Part shown: positions 11,750-25,014 of the stretch, piece by piece | Layout of the letters: each line of letters opens with the position of its first letter | Numbering within the stretch: position 1 is the first letter of the stretch | NCBI GenBank assembly: GCA_013239625.1 | Contig: MU053561.1 | Coordinates: forward strand, 3,550,283 to 3,614,282 | Length of the DNA: 64,000 nt | Direction: 5' to 3' | DNA from: Lama guanicoe | Taxonomy: Eukaryota | Made by a program: the position numbers and the translations under genes | The notes under the pieces: generated by a model | What the model saw: the letters and a program-made list of their open reading frames with translations, nothing else | Database searches by the model: none | What the model was told of the DNA's origin: nothing

Positions 11750-14185
11750 AAAAAATTTGGTTAACATAAAAATCATCCAAAATGTATCCAAATTATGGCC
11801 ATACTATGATTTAATTATAAACTAGAAGATCTCTAAAAACTATTATACTATTGGGAAATTAAATAATACACTTCTAAGGAGAAAAATCTCAAAGAAAATA
11901 AGATAATATTTTAAAATAAATGACAATAAAAGCACACCATACCTAAATTTCTGGGATGTAATTAAAGAGTAAAATTTAGAGTTCTAAACACTTATATTAG
12001 GAAATGAGAAAAGGCTAAAGTCAATGTTCTTAGCTTCCACCTTAAGAAGCTAGTAAAAGAACAGGAAACTCAGGGTAAATAGAAAGAAGGAATAATAAAG
12101 AGTGGAAATAAATGAAATAGAAAACAGACAAAGAGAGAAAATAAATACAGTCAAAATGAGTTTTTGCAAAGACCAATAAAATTGATAAGCCCTTAGTTTG
12201 ACTGAACAAGGGAAAAAATGAAGAGAAAAGGCAAGTGACCAATAGGAAGAATGAAAGAAAGGATATTGTCACAAATCCTACAACATTAAAAGGACAATAA
12301 GGGGATGGTTTAAACAACCCGATGCCAAAAGGGTGGCAATGTAAACGGAGTGGATAAATCCTCTGAAAAATAGGATTCTTCAAAAATGACACCAGAAGAG
12401 ATAAATGACCTGAATATTTGTGAAAGAAATTGAATTCACAATTAAATTTTTTCCACAAAGAACACTTCTGGCCCAGATAGTGCTAGTGATGAATTCTGTC
12501 AAATACTTAAGAAATAATACCACTTTTAAACAATCACTTACAGAAACAGACAAGGAAGGGCTGCATTTCAACCCTTTCTAGGAAGCCAAAATATTTATAA
12601 TGCCAAAGCCTGACAAGTACAGTACAAGAAAATTACAAGCCGATGTTTCTCACGGAGATGCAAAAATCCTCATTAAAACATTAGCAAATCAAATCCGCCA
12701 ATACATACAAAGAATAACATCATGACCGCGTGGGGTTTATCACAAATAAAGGCGAGCTTGGTTAAAATATAAGAAGAACAAGCAATATAATCCATCTCAT
12801 TAAAAGAATAAAGAAAAAAAGGCACATTAACATCTCAGGAAATCCAGGAAAATAACTGACAAACTATAGCATTAAAACTTGTAGCAAACTAGGAGTAAAA
12901 CAGAACCTTCTCAATCTGATAAAAGGCATCTATAACCCCCCCACACCTTACGTCCTAATTAATGATGGAACTTTTTCCCTCTAAGATCAGAAACAAGGTT
13001 ACAGTGTCCACTCTCCTTGCTTCTAGACCACATTTGATGTGAGGTCTTTCTACTAGGCAGAAAAAGAAATGGAAGTTGTAAAGACTAGGAAAGAAGAACT
13101 AAAATTGTCTTTATTTATAATGCCATGATTTTATATTTAGAAAATTCAAAGGACTCTAACCTCCAAATCCTACTAAATCTAAAGGTAAATTCAGCAAGGT
13201 TTAAGGATAAAAGTTCAAGATGGAAAATTTCCTTAAATGTCTGCATACTGTCAACCAATTAGAGAATGAAATTAAAAGTCAATACCATTTATAACAGAAT
13301 CAGTATTATAAAATACCTACAAGTAATTGTTAAGAGATATACAAGATGTCTAAACTTATAAAAGACTGCTGAGAGAAATTAAGAATGATCTAATAAATGA
13401 AGAGAGATATGCCGTACTTATGGGGTGATAGACTCACAATTGTAAAGATGTTGATTCTCACAAAATTGATCTATAGATTCAATGCAAGATCAAACAAATT
13501 CCCAGCAAGCTTTTCGTAAAAGTTGATGAGCTAATAACGGTAAAGTAGTTGGAGAATTTACACAACTCGATTTTAAGTCTCCCCATAAAGTTTTTAGTAT
13601 TTTTTAAAATAATGATTCTTCTGGTCTTCTACATCTCCATGCAAATGGAAATGGAATTTCCATTTAACTTGTCTATTTCTAAGACAGTATGTTATTGGTG
13701 TGAAGATAGACAAATAGATCAATAGAACAGAAAAAAAAACCCCAACATTATTACAATCTAATGATCTTCCCCAAAGGTGCTAAGGCAAATCAATGGGGAA
13801 GGGACAGGCTCTTCAACAAATGGTGCTGGAAATACTCAGCAACAGAAAGAAATATACCACAGATACTTGAACCAGCATGGCTGAATCTCTGAAATATACA
13901 TAGTAGACTGAAAGGAGCCAGAACCATAGGAATATACACTTAAAAATTCAATTAAAGTGGAGTCCAAGAACAGTCATTACTAGTCTGTGGGGACAGAAAT
14001 CAGAATAGAGATTGCTTCAGGATAGAGGGGGTGATAACTAGGAAAGGGATACAGAGGAATTTTCTAGTATAATGGTAATGTTTCATTTAGGGTGTTAAGT
14101 GGGTTTTTACATTTATCGGAACTGACTGAACGATACATTTAAGATCTACACACTATATCAGGTGTTATTTTACTTCCATAAACAA
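11750..14185 (+). mobile_element. Old degraded L1 (ORF2 plus 3' UTR; L1M-type)
   Basis: A-rich + strand with L1 ORF2 landmarks (e.g. 'aataaaattgataagcccttag', 'aaaatcctcattaaaacattagcaaatcaaatc', 'ctcttcaacaaatggtgctgga'). No long ORF remains. Confidence 0.85.
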
Positions 14186-14188
14186 ATA

Positions 14189-14189
<1 letters not shown>

Positions 14190-14218
<29 letters not shown>
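14190..14218. repeat. (CA)n microsatellite
   Basis: Direct reading. Confidence 0.95.
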
Positions 14219-14220
<2 letters not shown>

Positions 14221-14719
14221 GGAGCAGGATAAAGAGGAAGAATAAGACATATAAAGATAAATTGTAATATGACGCTGTGAGTATAATATTAGAGACGTGC
14301 ACAGTTTAATGGGAGAGCATGGAAGAAGCACAGCTTGATCGTGGACAAGTCTTCTATCCCAGCTCTACCTACATGAGATGTGTACTTCCCCACCCTTTCT
14401 GGCATCCCTGGTCAACTTGCTTTGACGAGTATCTCATTTTCCAGTGGTTGATAGAAGTCTTAACATCATGAAACAATTCTGGTCTGCCTCAACTCTTGGT
14501 GACTTGAATCTGGGACACAGCTCATTGTGGTAAAGGGAGACCCCTCACTTGTGGAGAAAGAGAAAAAGAAAGGCAAGCTAGAACCCACTCAGTTGCTGAA
14601 AAATACTTGTTCTTCATGACAGTTTTCCCGGTGCTCATCCAGCACTAAATCAGGGTTCTGAATACCCCAGCTTTATGAATCCCTCCAGCACCAAATCCTC
14701 TCATTGCCCTTTTGTTTCA

Positions 14720-14771
14720 GTGTGTGTGTGTGTGTGTGTGTGTATGTATTTGTGTGTGTGTGTGTGTGTGT
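14720..14771. repeat. Interrupted (TG)n microsatellite
   Basis: Direct reading. Confidence 0.95.
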
Positions 14772-14799
14772 TTGATCTAATGTAACATCAAGATTCAGT

Positions 14800-15760
14800 C
14801 CATCCATACCTGTTGAAAAATCTGGCTACTTGCAAACAAAGAAAAAAAATGTATTGTTTCACACACCATATATCAAAATAAATCCAGGTGGATAAAAGAG
14901 GAAATTTTAACTGAAACCCAACTTTGAAAATATTGAGATGAATATTTGTCAGTGCTCTGAGTGGAAAAGGATTCTCTGCACAGATAACTAACAGAAAAGA
15001 GTAATAGATTCCTCAATGAAAATACAAAACTTAAGCATGTCAAGAAGGCATTACAATGTTTAAAAACCTTACAACAATCTGGCAGAAAGGATTTGCTACA
15101 AATATTTCAGAAAAAGGATTTATATTCTTAATAACTAAAGAAGTAAAGAGGAACAGTGTGATTACATTTTTTAAAGCAGACAAAGAACAATGTAAATGAC
15201 TTAACAAACTTGAAAAAAAAAATGTTAGCCTCACGAGCATTCAAACGAATAACCTTGAGGTACCGTTTTAAAAGCTATCAAAAAAACAAAGGGTTTGAAA
15301 AATGACAACACCCCAAATCTGGCAAGGTCAGCATTTTTCCCCCAACTGTGAAAGGAGCATAAATTGATGCAGTCTTTCTGGAAAGCAGTTAGGCAAGTTT
15401 GTATCAAAAATCTTGAAAATTGTTCTTAACCTTCAAGGAAGAATTCCACACGTGTGAATCTATTCTAAAATAGTCAGAAGTGTGAACACATCTTTACGCA
15501 CACAGCTGTTTAACAAAAAAGGAAAACTGCCGAATGACTAATGATGTGTAATTGATTGAACACGTTGCTGTATATCAAAATGATGGAATATTTTGTGGGC
15601 TTTAGAAGTTATTTTTTGAAAAAGTTTTGAAGACCTCAAAGATGCCCAAAATATGTTAGTCAAAAGGATACACACCTTTTTATACTCTATAATTTCATCA
15701 TGTAATAAAATAAAATATACACATACACCTAGAAAAATACTAGAAGAAAATACACATATT
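14800..15760 (+). mobile_element. Very old L1 (L1ME-like) ORF2 3' part and 3' UTR
   Basis: Degenerate L1 landmarks ('tcacacaccatatatcaaaataaatccaggtggataaaaga', 'gtctttctggaaagcagttaggca', 'atgatggaatattttgtg'). Confidence 0.65.
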
Positions 15761-17089
15761 CACTGAATTTTTAGCCAAGAGAAAGCTGGAGTTCCTGATT
15801 TAGGACTCTAGCTCGTCTAGGAAGCTGGTTCTGTATTGCCATGGGTTTATGTAGAAGGGAAGACCATTTTCACTACGGGGTATGGAAGGTACAGTAATGG
15901 GGGAAAAGGGGAGTCTCCACTCACATAGGCATAAAGCACTTAGGATCACTCAGGGACAAAAAGTACTCTTTCAGATTTCTCCCTAGGGTCAGAGAGAGGG
16001 TCCTAAAGTCCTTTTTATATCACTCAGCTCTTCTAACATACAGTGAAAAGAGCTCTGGTGTCGGAGAAGAGCCAGGTTTAATTCTGCCTCTGTTGAGCTG
16101 TTAGGTTCATGTAATGCTTGTTAAGTAGGAATTGCAATTTACATTGAGGAGAAAAAAAAAAAAAGGAACTCTGATGGTTATCAGGACACTGATGGTTGGA
16201 GCTGTCTCACCTGCTCAGTGCTTCTATGTGTTAGTAGGATATTAACCCGCTTTTAGAGCAGAGAATCTGAGAAGGTGATCACAAGGGAATGTCTTTCCCT
16301 GGGGGCTTTGGAAAGTAGAACCCAAAGGGGAGGGCCTGCCGAGAGGTGAAGAGAATGCCAGACTGGAAATCGGTTGCAGCTTTGGTTTCTCAACTGCACT
16401 GTGACCTGGGAGAATCACTTCCTCTGGGTCTCACCTTCCGCATTTATAAAATGGGCAGAGTGGCACCTACCCAGCTTACGTCCTGAGGTTTGGGGAAGAT
16501 TAAATTAGCTGGATACACACTGTGAAATTGCTTTGCAATGCAAATCTAAGGAATGATTATGTATCTATGCTGGCTTGTTATGTGCAGATTTAAATCTTGT
16601 GTGTCCTTGTATTTCCTCTACTGTGTAGTTTTGGGGTGTAGGGCATAGCATGCTCACAAATGAAAGCACTTCCTTGCTCATCCCGAGTCTGGCTGAATGA
16701 TGTGTGCCACATTAATGATCAGTAAAGCCACATAAAATAAACAAAGCAAAACAACTCTCTCTCTCTGAGAAAAATCAGATTCTGGGAGCCACAGCCCTTT
16801 CCTTAACCCCTCTTGAATCACAGGAGTTTTATTATAACAGGGACAGATACAGTAGGTAGGGGTGTAGCCAGTAAAGAATGTAAAGACTGATCTATTAAAC
16901 AGACAGCAACCATACTCTTGGACAACTCATCTATAGATGGTCAATATAAACAACATTAAGATATCACTTGTATATGGATGGATGTCCTAACTGGGAAAGC
17001 AGGGAATGCAGGAAAGTAACAGAATGGTTGATGTTTGTTTTGTTACTGCTTTTGTTTCCCCTTAAAACTCAGGGGATGCCCATAATTAG

Positions 17090-17330
17090 TATAATAGTTA
17101 CGACTGTGTGTTTTAGAGTCAGAATAATTTGGGATTGAACCCTAGTTACTCAATTGTCTAGCTAAGTGATTTTTAAATTAACACCTTGATTTCCCTACAC
17201 TTTGGTTTTTGAATCTTAGTTATTTTTCAAACTCAGAGGTTGGCGTTGAGAGTAAAAGAGGAAAATATATGTAAGCACTTAGCATCATGGCCAGCACAGG
17301 GTGTGTGCTCAGCAAATGATAGCAACTATC
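17090..17330 (+). mobile_element. MIR SINE
   Basis: 'ttttagagtcaga...aaaatatatgtaagcacttagcatcatggccagcacagggtgtgtgctcagcaaatgatagc'. Confidence 0.7.
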
Positions 17331-17776
17331 ATTCAGCATTTTTAGCTATCATGATCATTATTTTCATCAGAATATTTTTTTCTAATATGGAAGTCAACTG
17401 CTTTCTTACAATATAGTATGATTACTTAATGCTTAAATACAGTAACAGGTTTAAACTAGAAAATGTAAGTTAAAAGTTACTGTTTACAACACTAATAATG
17501 CACACACAAAACAATAACAACACATACACACTTTATTTGCCTAGCAATAAATAGAACAAAATATCTGTACTACCTCCATGAGGAAAATTACAAAATTTTA
17601 TTGAAGGCAAAAGGAACACCTAAATAAATGGAAAGAGATATCACACTTGTAGGTTAGATGCCTCAATAATGCAAAGATGTGTTGTCTCACAAAATCAGTC
17701 TATGGATTTGAGACAATTCTAATTAAAGTCCCAACATATTTCATGAAGCTGAAAAACTGATTCAAAAAGTTATGTG

Positions 17777-17962
17777 GGGGCCTCTCTCGCTCCCTCATCT
17801 TTGGAGATGGCCAACACTCTGTCTATGGGCTTGTGTATCTACTTGTACTTTAACCTCAGCTCCCAACCCCCAAACCTAGTGGCCTTTCTCTCACCTTCTG
17901 AAACAGCCTGCACTCTATGTAGTATGTATCTCTCTAAATAAGTCTATCTTTACTAAAAAAAA
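17777..17962 (+). mobile_element. Poly(A)-tailed retroposed LTR-like fragment with TSD
   Basis: 13-bp perfect TSD aaaaagttatgtg (17764-17776, 17963-17975), poly(A), and an ERV-LTR-like end 'cactctatgtagtatgtatctctctaaataagtctatcttt'. Confidence 0.7.
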
Positions 17963-18344
17963 AAAAAGTTATGTGCCAGAAGAAGGGGATCAAGATTAGC
18001 CAAGACGTTTCAAAGAATAAGGAAGAGAGACTTCACTACCAGATATCAACACTTACAAAAAGTTGTATTAAAGATCCTATGTTTCTGGTGAAGACAAACT
18101 GTCCAATGGAATGAAATAGAGATTCCAGAAATAGACCCTTGAAAATATTGAATTTTATACCTGAGAGAGCTGGCGTAGAAGGGCAGTAGGGGGAAAAAAG
18201 ACTATTTAATAATTAACCTGGGGGGTATAACCATATGAGATAAAAATATGAAACTAATTCTTAAGATAACTCCAGATAACTCAAAGACTTAAATGACAAA
18301 AGCAAAACTTCTATTTTTTAAGGCTAAAATATATGTGAATATCT

Positions 18345-19818
18345 ATACTTCAAACTACAGTAATCAAAACAGTATGGTACTGGCAAAAAAAAAAAAAAAC
18401 AGACACATAGATCAATGGAACAGAATAGAGAGCCCAGAAATAAACCCACACACTTATGGTCAAATAATCTATGACAAATGAGGCAAGAATATACAATGGA
18501 GAAAAGATAGTCTATTCCATAAGTCGTGCTGGAGAAACTGGACAGCTACCTGCAAAAGAATGAAATTAGAACATTCTCTAATGTCACATAAAAGATAAAC
18601 TCAAAATGGATTAAAGACCTAAATGTAAGACAATATACCATAAAACTCCTAGAGGAAAACATAGTCAGAACACTCTTTGACATAAATCACAGAAATCTGG
18701 GGAGGGGGGATCTATCTCTTAAAGTAAAGGAAATAAAAGCAAAAATAAACAAATGGGACCTAGTTAAACTTATAAGCTTTTGCACAGCAAAGGAGACCAT
18801 TGATGAAATGGAAAGACAGCCTACTGAATGGGAGAACATATTAGCAAATGATTTGACCAATAAGGGATTAATGTTCAACCTATATAAATAGCTCATGCAA
18901 CTCAACATCAAAAAAACAAACAACCCTATTGAAAAATGGACAAAAGAACTGAACAGACATTTTTCCAAAGAGGAAATGCAGATGGCCAACAGGCACATGA
19001 AAAGATGCTCAACATCCGTAATCATCAGGGAAATGCAAATCAAAACCACAATAAGATACCATATCATACTTGTCAGAATGGCTATCATTGTAAAGAACAT
19101 AAATAACAAATGTTGGCAAGGATGTGGAGAAAAGGGAACCTTTGTACACTGTTGGTCGGAATGTAAATTGGTGCAGCCAATGAGGAAAACAGTATGGAGG
19201 GTTCTCAAACTAAAAATAGAACTATTATGTGGTCCAGCAATTCCATTTCTGGGTATATATCTGAAAAAAACAAAAACACTAACTTAAAAGGATACATGCA
19301 CCCCGATGTTGATAGCAGCATTATTTACACTTGCCAAGGGATGGACGCAACCTAAGTGTCCACCAAAAGGTAAATGGATACAGAAGATGTGATATAATAT
19401 ATATGTATATTATATTCATACACACACACACACACAGGAATACTATTCAGTCATAAAAAAGAAGGAAATGTTGCCATTTGCAATAACATGGATGGACTTG
19501 GAGGGCATTATGCTAAGTGAAATAAGTCAGATAAAGACAAATACTGTAGGATATCACTTATATGTGGAACCTAAAAAATACAGCAAACTAGTGAATACAA
19601 CAAAAAGGAAGCAGACTCACAGATACAGAGAACAAACTAGTGGTAACCAGTGGGGGTGGGGAGGGGCAACATAGGGGTGGGGCAGTGGGAGGTACAAACT
19701 ATTGGATGTAAGATAGGTTCAAGGAGGTATTGTACAACACAGGAATATAGCCAGTATCTTGTAATAACTGTAAATGGAAAGTAACCTTTAAAATTATATT
19801 AAAAATTAAAAAAATAAA
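18345..19818 (+). mobile_element. Younger 5'-truncated L1 (ORF2 C-terminus plus 3' UTR)
   Basis: ORF fragments [21 protein letters not shown] and [21 protein letters not shown]...[24 protein letters not shown] are L1 ORF2p, including the Cys-rich domain. Frameshifted; A tail at ~19800-19818. Confidence 0.95.
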
Positions 19819-20837
19819 GGAATACTGGCTGGAAGGGAAATTTCTGCTCACATGGTCTTAGAACACAGAGGCAGCTGACAGCTATTATACTGTTTATAAT
19901 TCATGGCTTTTATATTATCTTTGTAAATTAAAAATACTTCCATATAAATGCTGTCAGGTCTGTGTGAGTACGTATGTAAGGTGGAGGTGGTAACCTAGCA
20001 TTTGAAGGATCATAATCAGGCATTCACACTGCAGGAAAAAATAGAGGTGGGTATCTTTCTAATCTTGGGAGATGGAGAAATTTCTAAACAAAATGCTAGC
20101 CATACAGTTTTAAATTAATAAAGCTTTTATATTAAAATTATTTTAAAATTAAGTTGTCTGTTCATCAACAGACAACTTAAGGAATAAGAAAGACAACTTA
20201 CAAACTGGACTGAGAAAAGTTATTTTCAATACATGTAACCAACAATGGATTACTATCAGGAGCATATGAAGAACTCCTACAATTCAGTTAGGGAAAAACA
20301 AACATTTCTCCTCTACCCCAAAATGGCAAAGACATAAATAGTCATTTCACAGAAGAGGAAATAAACATAAAAACATAAAAACATGTTCAGCCTGAGGGAA
20401 ATGCCAATAAAGTTCACAATAAAATATGTTTTATACCCATTTAATTAGCAAAGGTTAAGAATCCCAACTATATTAAGTATTGGAGAGGATATGAACCCAC
20501 AGCATCTATGTTTTGCTGGTGGGAGTGTGAATGTATCCAAATGCTTTGGAAAGCAATTTGACATTATCTTAAATGTTAGCCACACACCTATCTTATGACT
20601 CAGCAATTTAATTTCTAGATAAATATCCAAGACAAATTACTAAACATATACTGGGATGTTTGTAGCGGCATTCTTCCTAATGGTAAAATCTGGAAACAAC
20701 AGAAATATGCCATCTTGAATATACCACAATGCATTTATCCATGCTCATATCAGTGGACACTATACTCATATAATTAAACTCATATAATTGAATAATCAAA
20801 ACAATGAATTTCAGTTTTATACAACAGTGTGAATGTT

Positions 20838-21270
20838 CTATTTGACTAGGTCCTCTGAGAAGAAGATGCCAAGGTCAAATTAAATGTGGAAAGTTTTTCT
20901 TAAGGAAATGCTCGTAAGAGAAAATGGGGAGGGAACCTGGGAAGGCTGGAAGAGCTATCAGACCACGATGCAAGTATGACCGAGTGAAGAAGGGAGAAGA
21001 AAGTTTGGATCAATGTGACCTTGATTGCCGTTAGGTATAAGGGAGATTTGGCAAGGTCACCTAGGGGTCCCCGAGCCAAGTCCGCTGTCAGAGGAGCCCT
21101 GTGCCCCTCAGGAATGACGCTGCCAGAATGTCCCTTTCACACTTAGCCACCGGCTGAGAGCAGTGTCCCAGGGAGCAGCAGGAAGTGTGGCTGTGGTGCC
21201 ACTCAGCAGTGGGCGACAAGCACAGAAGCTGGGTGCTGGGTCACAGTGCCTCGCGTCCTCATGGCCACCG
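20838..21270. mobile_element. MaLR LTR (MLT1-type)
   Basis: 'taggtcctctgagaagaagatgccaagg...gggaaggctggaagagctatcagaccacgatgcaagtatgacc' is typical of the MLT1F/G/H group. Confidence 0.7.
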
Positions 21271-21676
21271 CAGATGCCTTGGCAGTATTAATACCAAGTT
21301 GGGGAGACATAGTGCGATTGCACTCAGGATAACGTCCTTTCTATAAAATTAAAAATAGCTAAAACAAAAAATTAAACAGTAAAACATCCATTAGGAGTAT
21401 ATCGAGTAAAACTACAGGTTTAAAAAAGCAAGAGAATGATCTACACAGGAGTCAGGATAGTGGGTGGGAGTGGTAAGTGACAGGAAGCGAGGGGAGCCAG
21501 TACGTGGATGTAAGCCATTGCCCATATTTTAGTTCTCATGCTGGTAGAGGACTCGTGTTTTAATTATATTATTCAAGAAAAATGGGTCAATAAATATATA
21601 CATCCACGAACATGTATAAACGGAGAAGGCCAAGCCTGGACCCAAAGTGAGAATGTTTCATGAACAAAGATTGATT

Positions 21677-22184
21677 GGTGACTGGATAAAGAAGATGTGG
21701 TATATTTATACAATGGAATACTACTCAGCCATAAAAACCGATAACATAATGCCATTTGCAGCAACATGGATGGACCTGGAGAATGTCATTCTAAGTGAAG
21801 TAAGCCAGAAAGAGAAAGAAAAATACCATATGAGATCGCTCATATGTGGAATCTAAAAAACAAAAACAAAAACAAACAAACAAACAAAAACAAAGCGTAA
21901 ATACAGGACAGAAATAGACTCACAGACAGAGAATACAGACTTGTGGTTACCAGGGGGGTGGAGGGTGGGAAGGGATAGACTGGGATTTCAAAATTGTAGA
22001 ATAGATAAACAAGATTACACTGTATAGCACAGGGAAATATACACAAAATGTTATGATAACTCACAGAGAAAAAAATGTGACAATGAGTGTGTATATGTCC
22101 ATGAATGACTGAAAAATTGTGCTGAACACTGAAATTTGACACAACATTGTAAAGTGATTATAAATCAATAAAAAATGTCAAAAA
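21677..22184 (+). mobile_element. Young lineage-specific L1 3' end with TSD
   Basis: WIKKMWYIYTMEYYSAIK...FAATWMDLE, 3' UTR and A tail. Perfect 11-bp TSD aaagattgatt (21666-21676, 22185-22195). Confidence 0.92.
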
Positions 22185-22419
22185 AAAGATTGATTAATCT
22201 AATTTTGTGACTCTAAGACCAAAAATATTGTCTCTTTTCTCTCCTATTCTACCCTCTTTATGATTGAGCTATTGATGGATGAGAAAATGCATATATATCA
22301 GATTAAATCATAGGTGTCTTAGGGTCTGCCCCAGTCTCTTTGTGCCTTGATTTCCACATCTATAGAATGGGGATAATGTATTTCCTCTCTAGTGTGGTTA
22401 CAAAAATTAAATAAGCTTA

Positions 22420-22890
22420 CACATAAATGTTTATAGCACTATTCTTCATACTTTCCAAAAACTAGAAACAACCAAATTAGCTTCAATGAGTGAATGAATA
22501 TACAAAATGTGATCCACGATCCATGCAATGAAATACTGCTCAGCAATAAAAACGAATGAACTATGACTACATACACTAGCATGGGTAAGTTCAAATGCAC
22601 TATGCCAAACGGAAGATCCCAGGATCAAAAGGTAACATAGTACATGATTCCATTTATATGATATTCTGGAAAAGGCCAAAGTGTCGGAACCGAGATCAGA
22701 CTGGTGGTTTCCAGGAGTTATGTGAGGGGAGAGGGTCTAACTAAAATGAAGTAGCAGGAGAGAATTCTTTGGGCTATTTAAATTGTTCTCTATCCTGGCT
22801 GTAATGCTGGTTATAAGAATCTGCATGTGTGTAAAAATGTATAGACTTGGATACCAGAATGTGAATTTTACTCTAAATAAGTTTTAAAAT
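22420..22890 (+). mobile_element. Old L1 (L1MB/MC-like) 3' end
   Basis: 'aatgaaatactgctcagcaataaaaacgaatgaacta...atgattccatttatatgatattctggaaaaggc'. Confidence 0.8.
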
Positions 22891-25014
22891 TAGAGGAAAG
22901 TTTATGGCATTTCTACTATGTATCATAATCTCTAACAGTGGAAGGATGATTTGCGCTTTTGAAGGGGAAGTTAAACCGCATAACATGAAAATGTAGCTCT
23001 TGAGATTTCCGTGAGTCTAGTTTTCATTCCAAACTCTCCTTGCGTTCTAATCAATTTCATCTAGTCTGAGACCTTCTCTATCTGATGGTTGGTAGTGGGC
23101 AAGGGCAACGAAGGCTGCAACTTGTGATGTTAATGAGTAAGGAGTAGGTGAGGACTCACAGGAAAGGTGTTTGGTTGGGACGTTTGGAAATCTCTCCTTT
23201 CAATCAGGGTTGGTGTTGACGAGTAACTGGAAACCACTGAGCAGATGCCGTGGCTGGGAGCAGCCGGGGTCCAAGCACCGCCTTGCCCAGAGCAAGGCAG
23301 AATTTCAGCTAATCCTGTGGTTGCTCAATCCTCCCTGTGTGCACTTCCAGCTGGTCTTTTATTTGGGGATGGGAATTATGAGAAAAAAATGTATATTCAA
23401 ATATGTTAAGTAAAAACCATAAAGGTTCTTCCTGTCTAAAATGACCAAAGAGGGAAAATGGGTGCAGCTAACCGGCTATAAGATACTGAGACAATGGATT
23501 TAAAAGAGTGGAGTAATAACCTCATTATCGAATGGAATACCCTCGTATACTTATCTGTCTCTCAAATGTGCTCAGACTCCAGGTGAGAGTTTCTTGAAGC
23601 AACGGGGTTTACTACATTGAAATCTAGGTGGGGCTAGGCTGTAAACAGTAAGTTTTCCTTTCGCTTAGAGTGATGCTAACTCATGCCCCTAGAAAAATTA
23701 GCCTGCAAAGTACAGGTGTGTTCCCCAAACGACGTTCAAACAGCCCCCTCCATCCCACAAATTAGATGAAGCAAAATCCCAAACGACCAAAGAGATGAAC
23801 ACCGCTGTGATTATTTTCACTTCAAAAAGGGTCCACTTAAAATATTTACTCTGGTAGCTCCTTCAAGTATGGACCGCCCCTGGGGCATTTAGATTTCTTT
23901 CATAAATCATTAACCGCCAAGCTGAGGTCATGCAGGGAGGGAGAGTTCAGAGTCCCTGCCAACTGACGATCAATACAAGGTAAGGCGCACCGTCTCTGAC
24001 ATGACGCTGTGAGTCAACGGGAGAGATGTGATTATGACTTACACCTGATGCTTTAGGAAATACGTCTATGGGGTGAAGGGAGTGGTCTCTGTTACGTGGA
24101 GGTGGGAAACGGCTCTTCCCAAAGTGGGCTGCGGGGTGCCACAGAAGACACAGGTCTGTCCTGTCACCTCTGCCCATTTGTCCCTCTCCACTCAAAGGAC
24201 CCAGTTCTGGAAGTGACAGGTGTTGGTAAAGCTCAATCCTTTCTGCCTCCGGGCCCTACTTGCTCATTATAGGAGGCTGCAGTTTCATTTCAGATCGGCA
24301 GTGTAAAACCTGTTGTCATATTTTATGTGATGATGTTAACTCTGCTATGAAATTAGACCCCGAGAATACCCCAGAGCCGGCTCAGTACATATAAATAGCC
24401 ATTTATCAGATGCAACCCATAATCTTCCCGCTGCCGTGACCCATTCTGTAATTTTCCCTCAGATGACAAGCTACAAATGAAGAGTGTACTTATATTTCAG
24501 TTACGAGGTTTAAAATATGGATGTGGATATAAAAAGCTAAGCCCTTCAAGAAGAAACGGGGGAATTTTTCCATTAAATTCTAAGGGCCTTCGTCCATCTG
24601 CTCTGTAATCACCCCAAGAATCTTGTGATCCCTTCACTGAACTCCAACACGATTTCTTATCTACTGGTCCTCTATTTCACCTCTATCCCCCTCCCCTCCG
24701 CCTGGTCCTTCACTCACTTATGTGCCCGTTTCCCTCCCACCCACCAGCACATGAACTTTCTTATACACGCTTCTAGAACGTCTCACAGATGAGAACCTCG
24801 TCGTGTCTGTGGGCAGACTGATGTCAACATTAACCACTGAATTTTTTTTTTTTTGCTCACAAAACCCAACATTTCAGGAAGTATTACTGGGTGCCAAACA
24901 CCATGTACTAGACACCTGACACCTATGTGCTGGTTAGGAAACGTGTTAGGAACAAACTATGTCCGAGACCACATGGACTTAATGGTTGGATGCACAATTT
25001 GAACCCAAGACCAA

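Larger units (their letters stand above)
17400..21600 (+). mobile_element. Old L1 host element carrying nested insertions
   Basis: Degraded L1 ORF2/3' UTR at ~17400-18344, ~20040-20835 and ~21280-21600. It is split by a retrocopy (17777), a younger L1 (18345) and an MLT LTR (20838). Confidence 0.7.

Noticed and set aside
18687..19674. 130-173 aa ORFs
   Set aside because: Sense and antisense fragments of a frameshifted, 5'-truncated L1 ORF2, not host genes.
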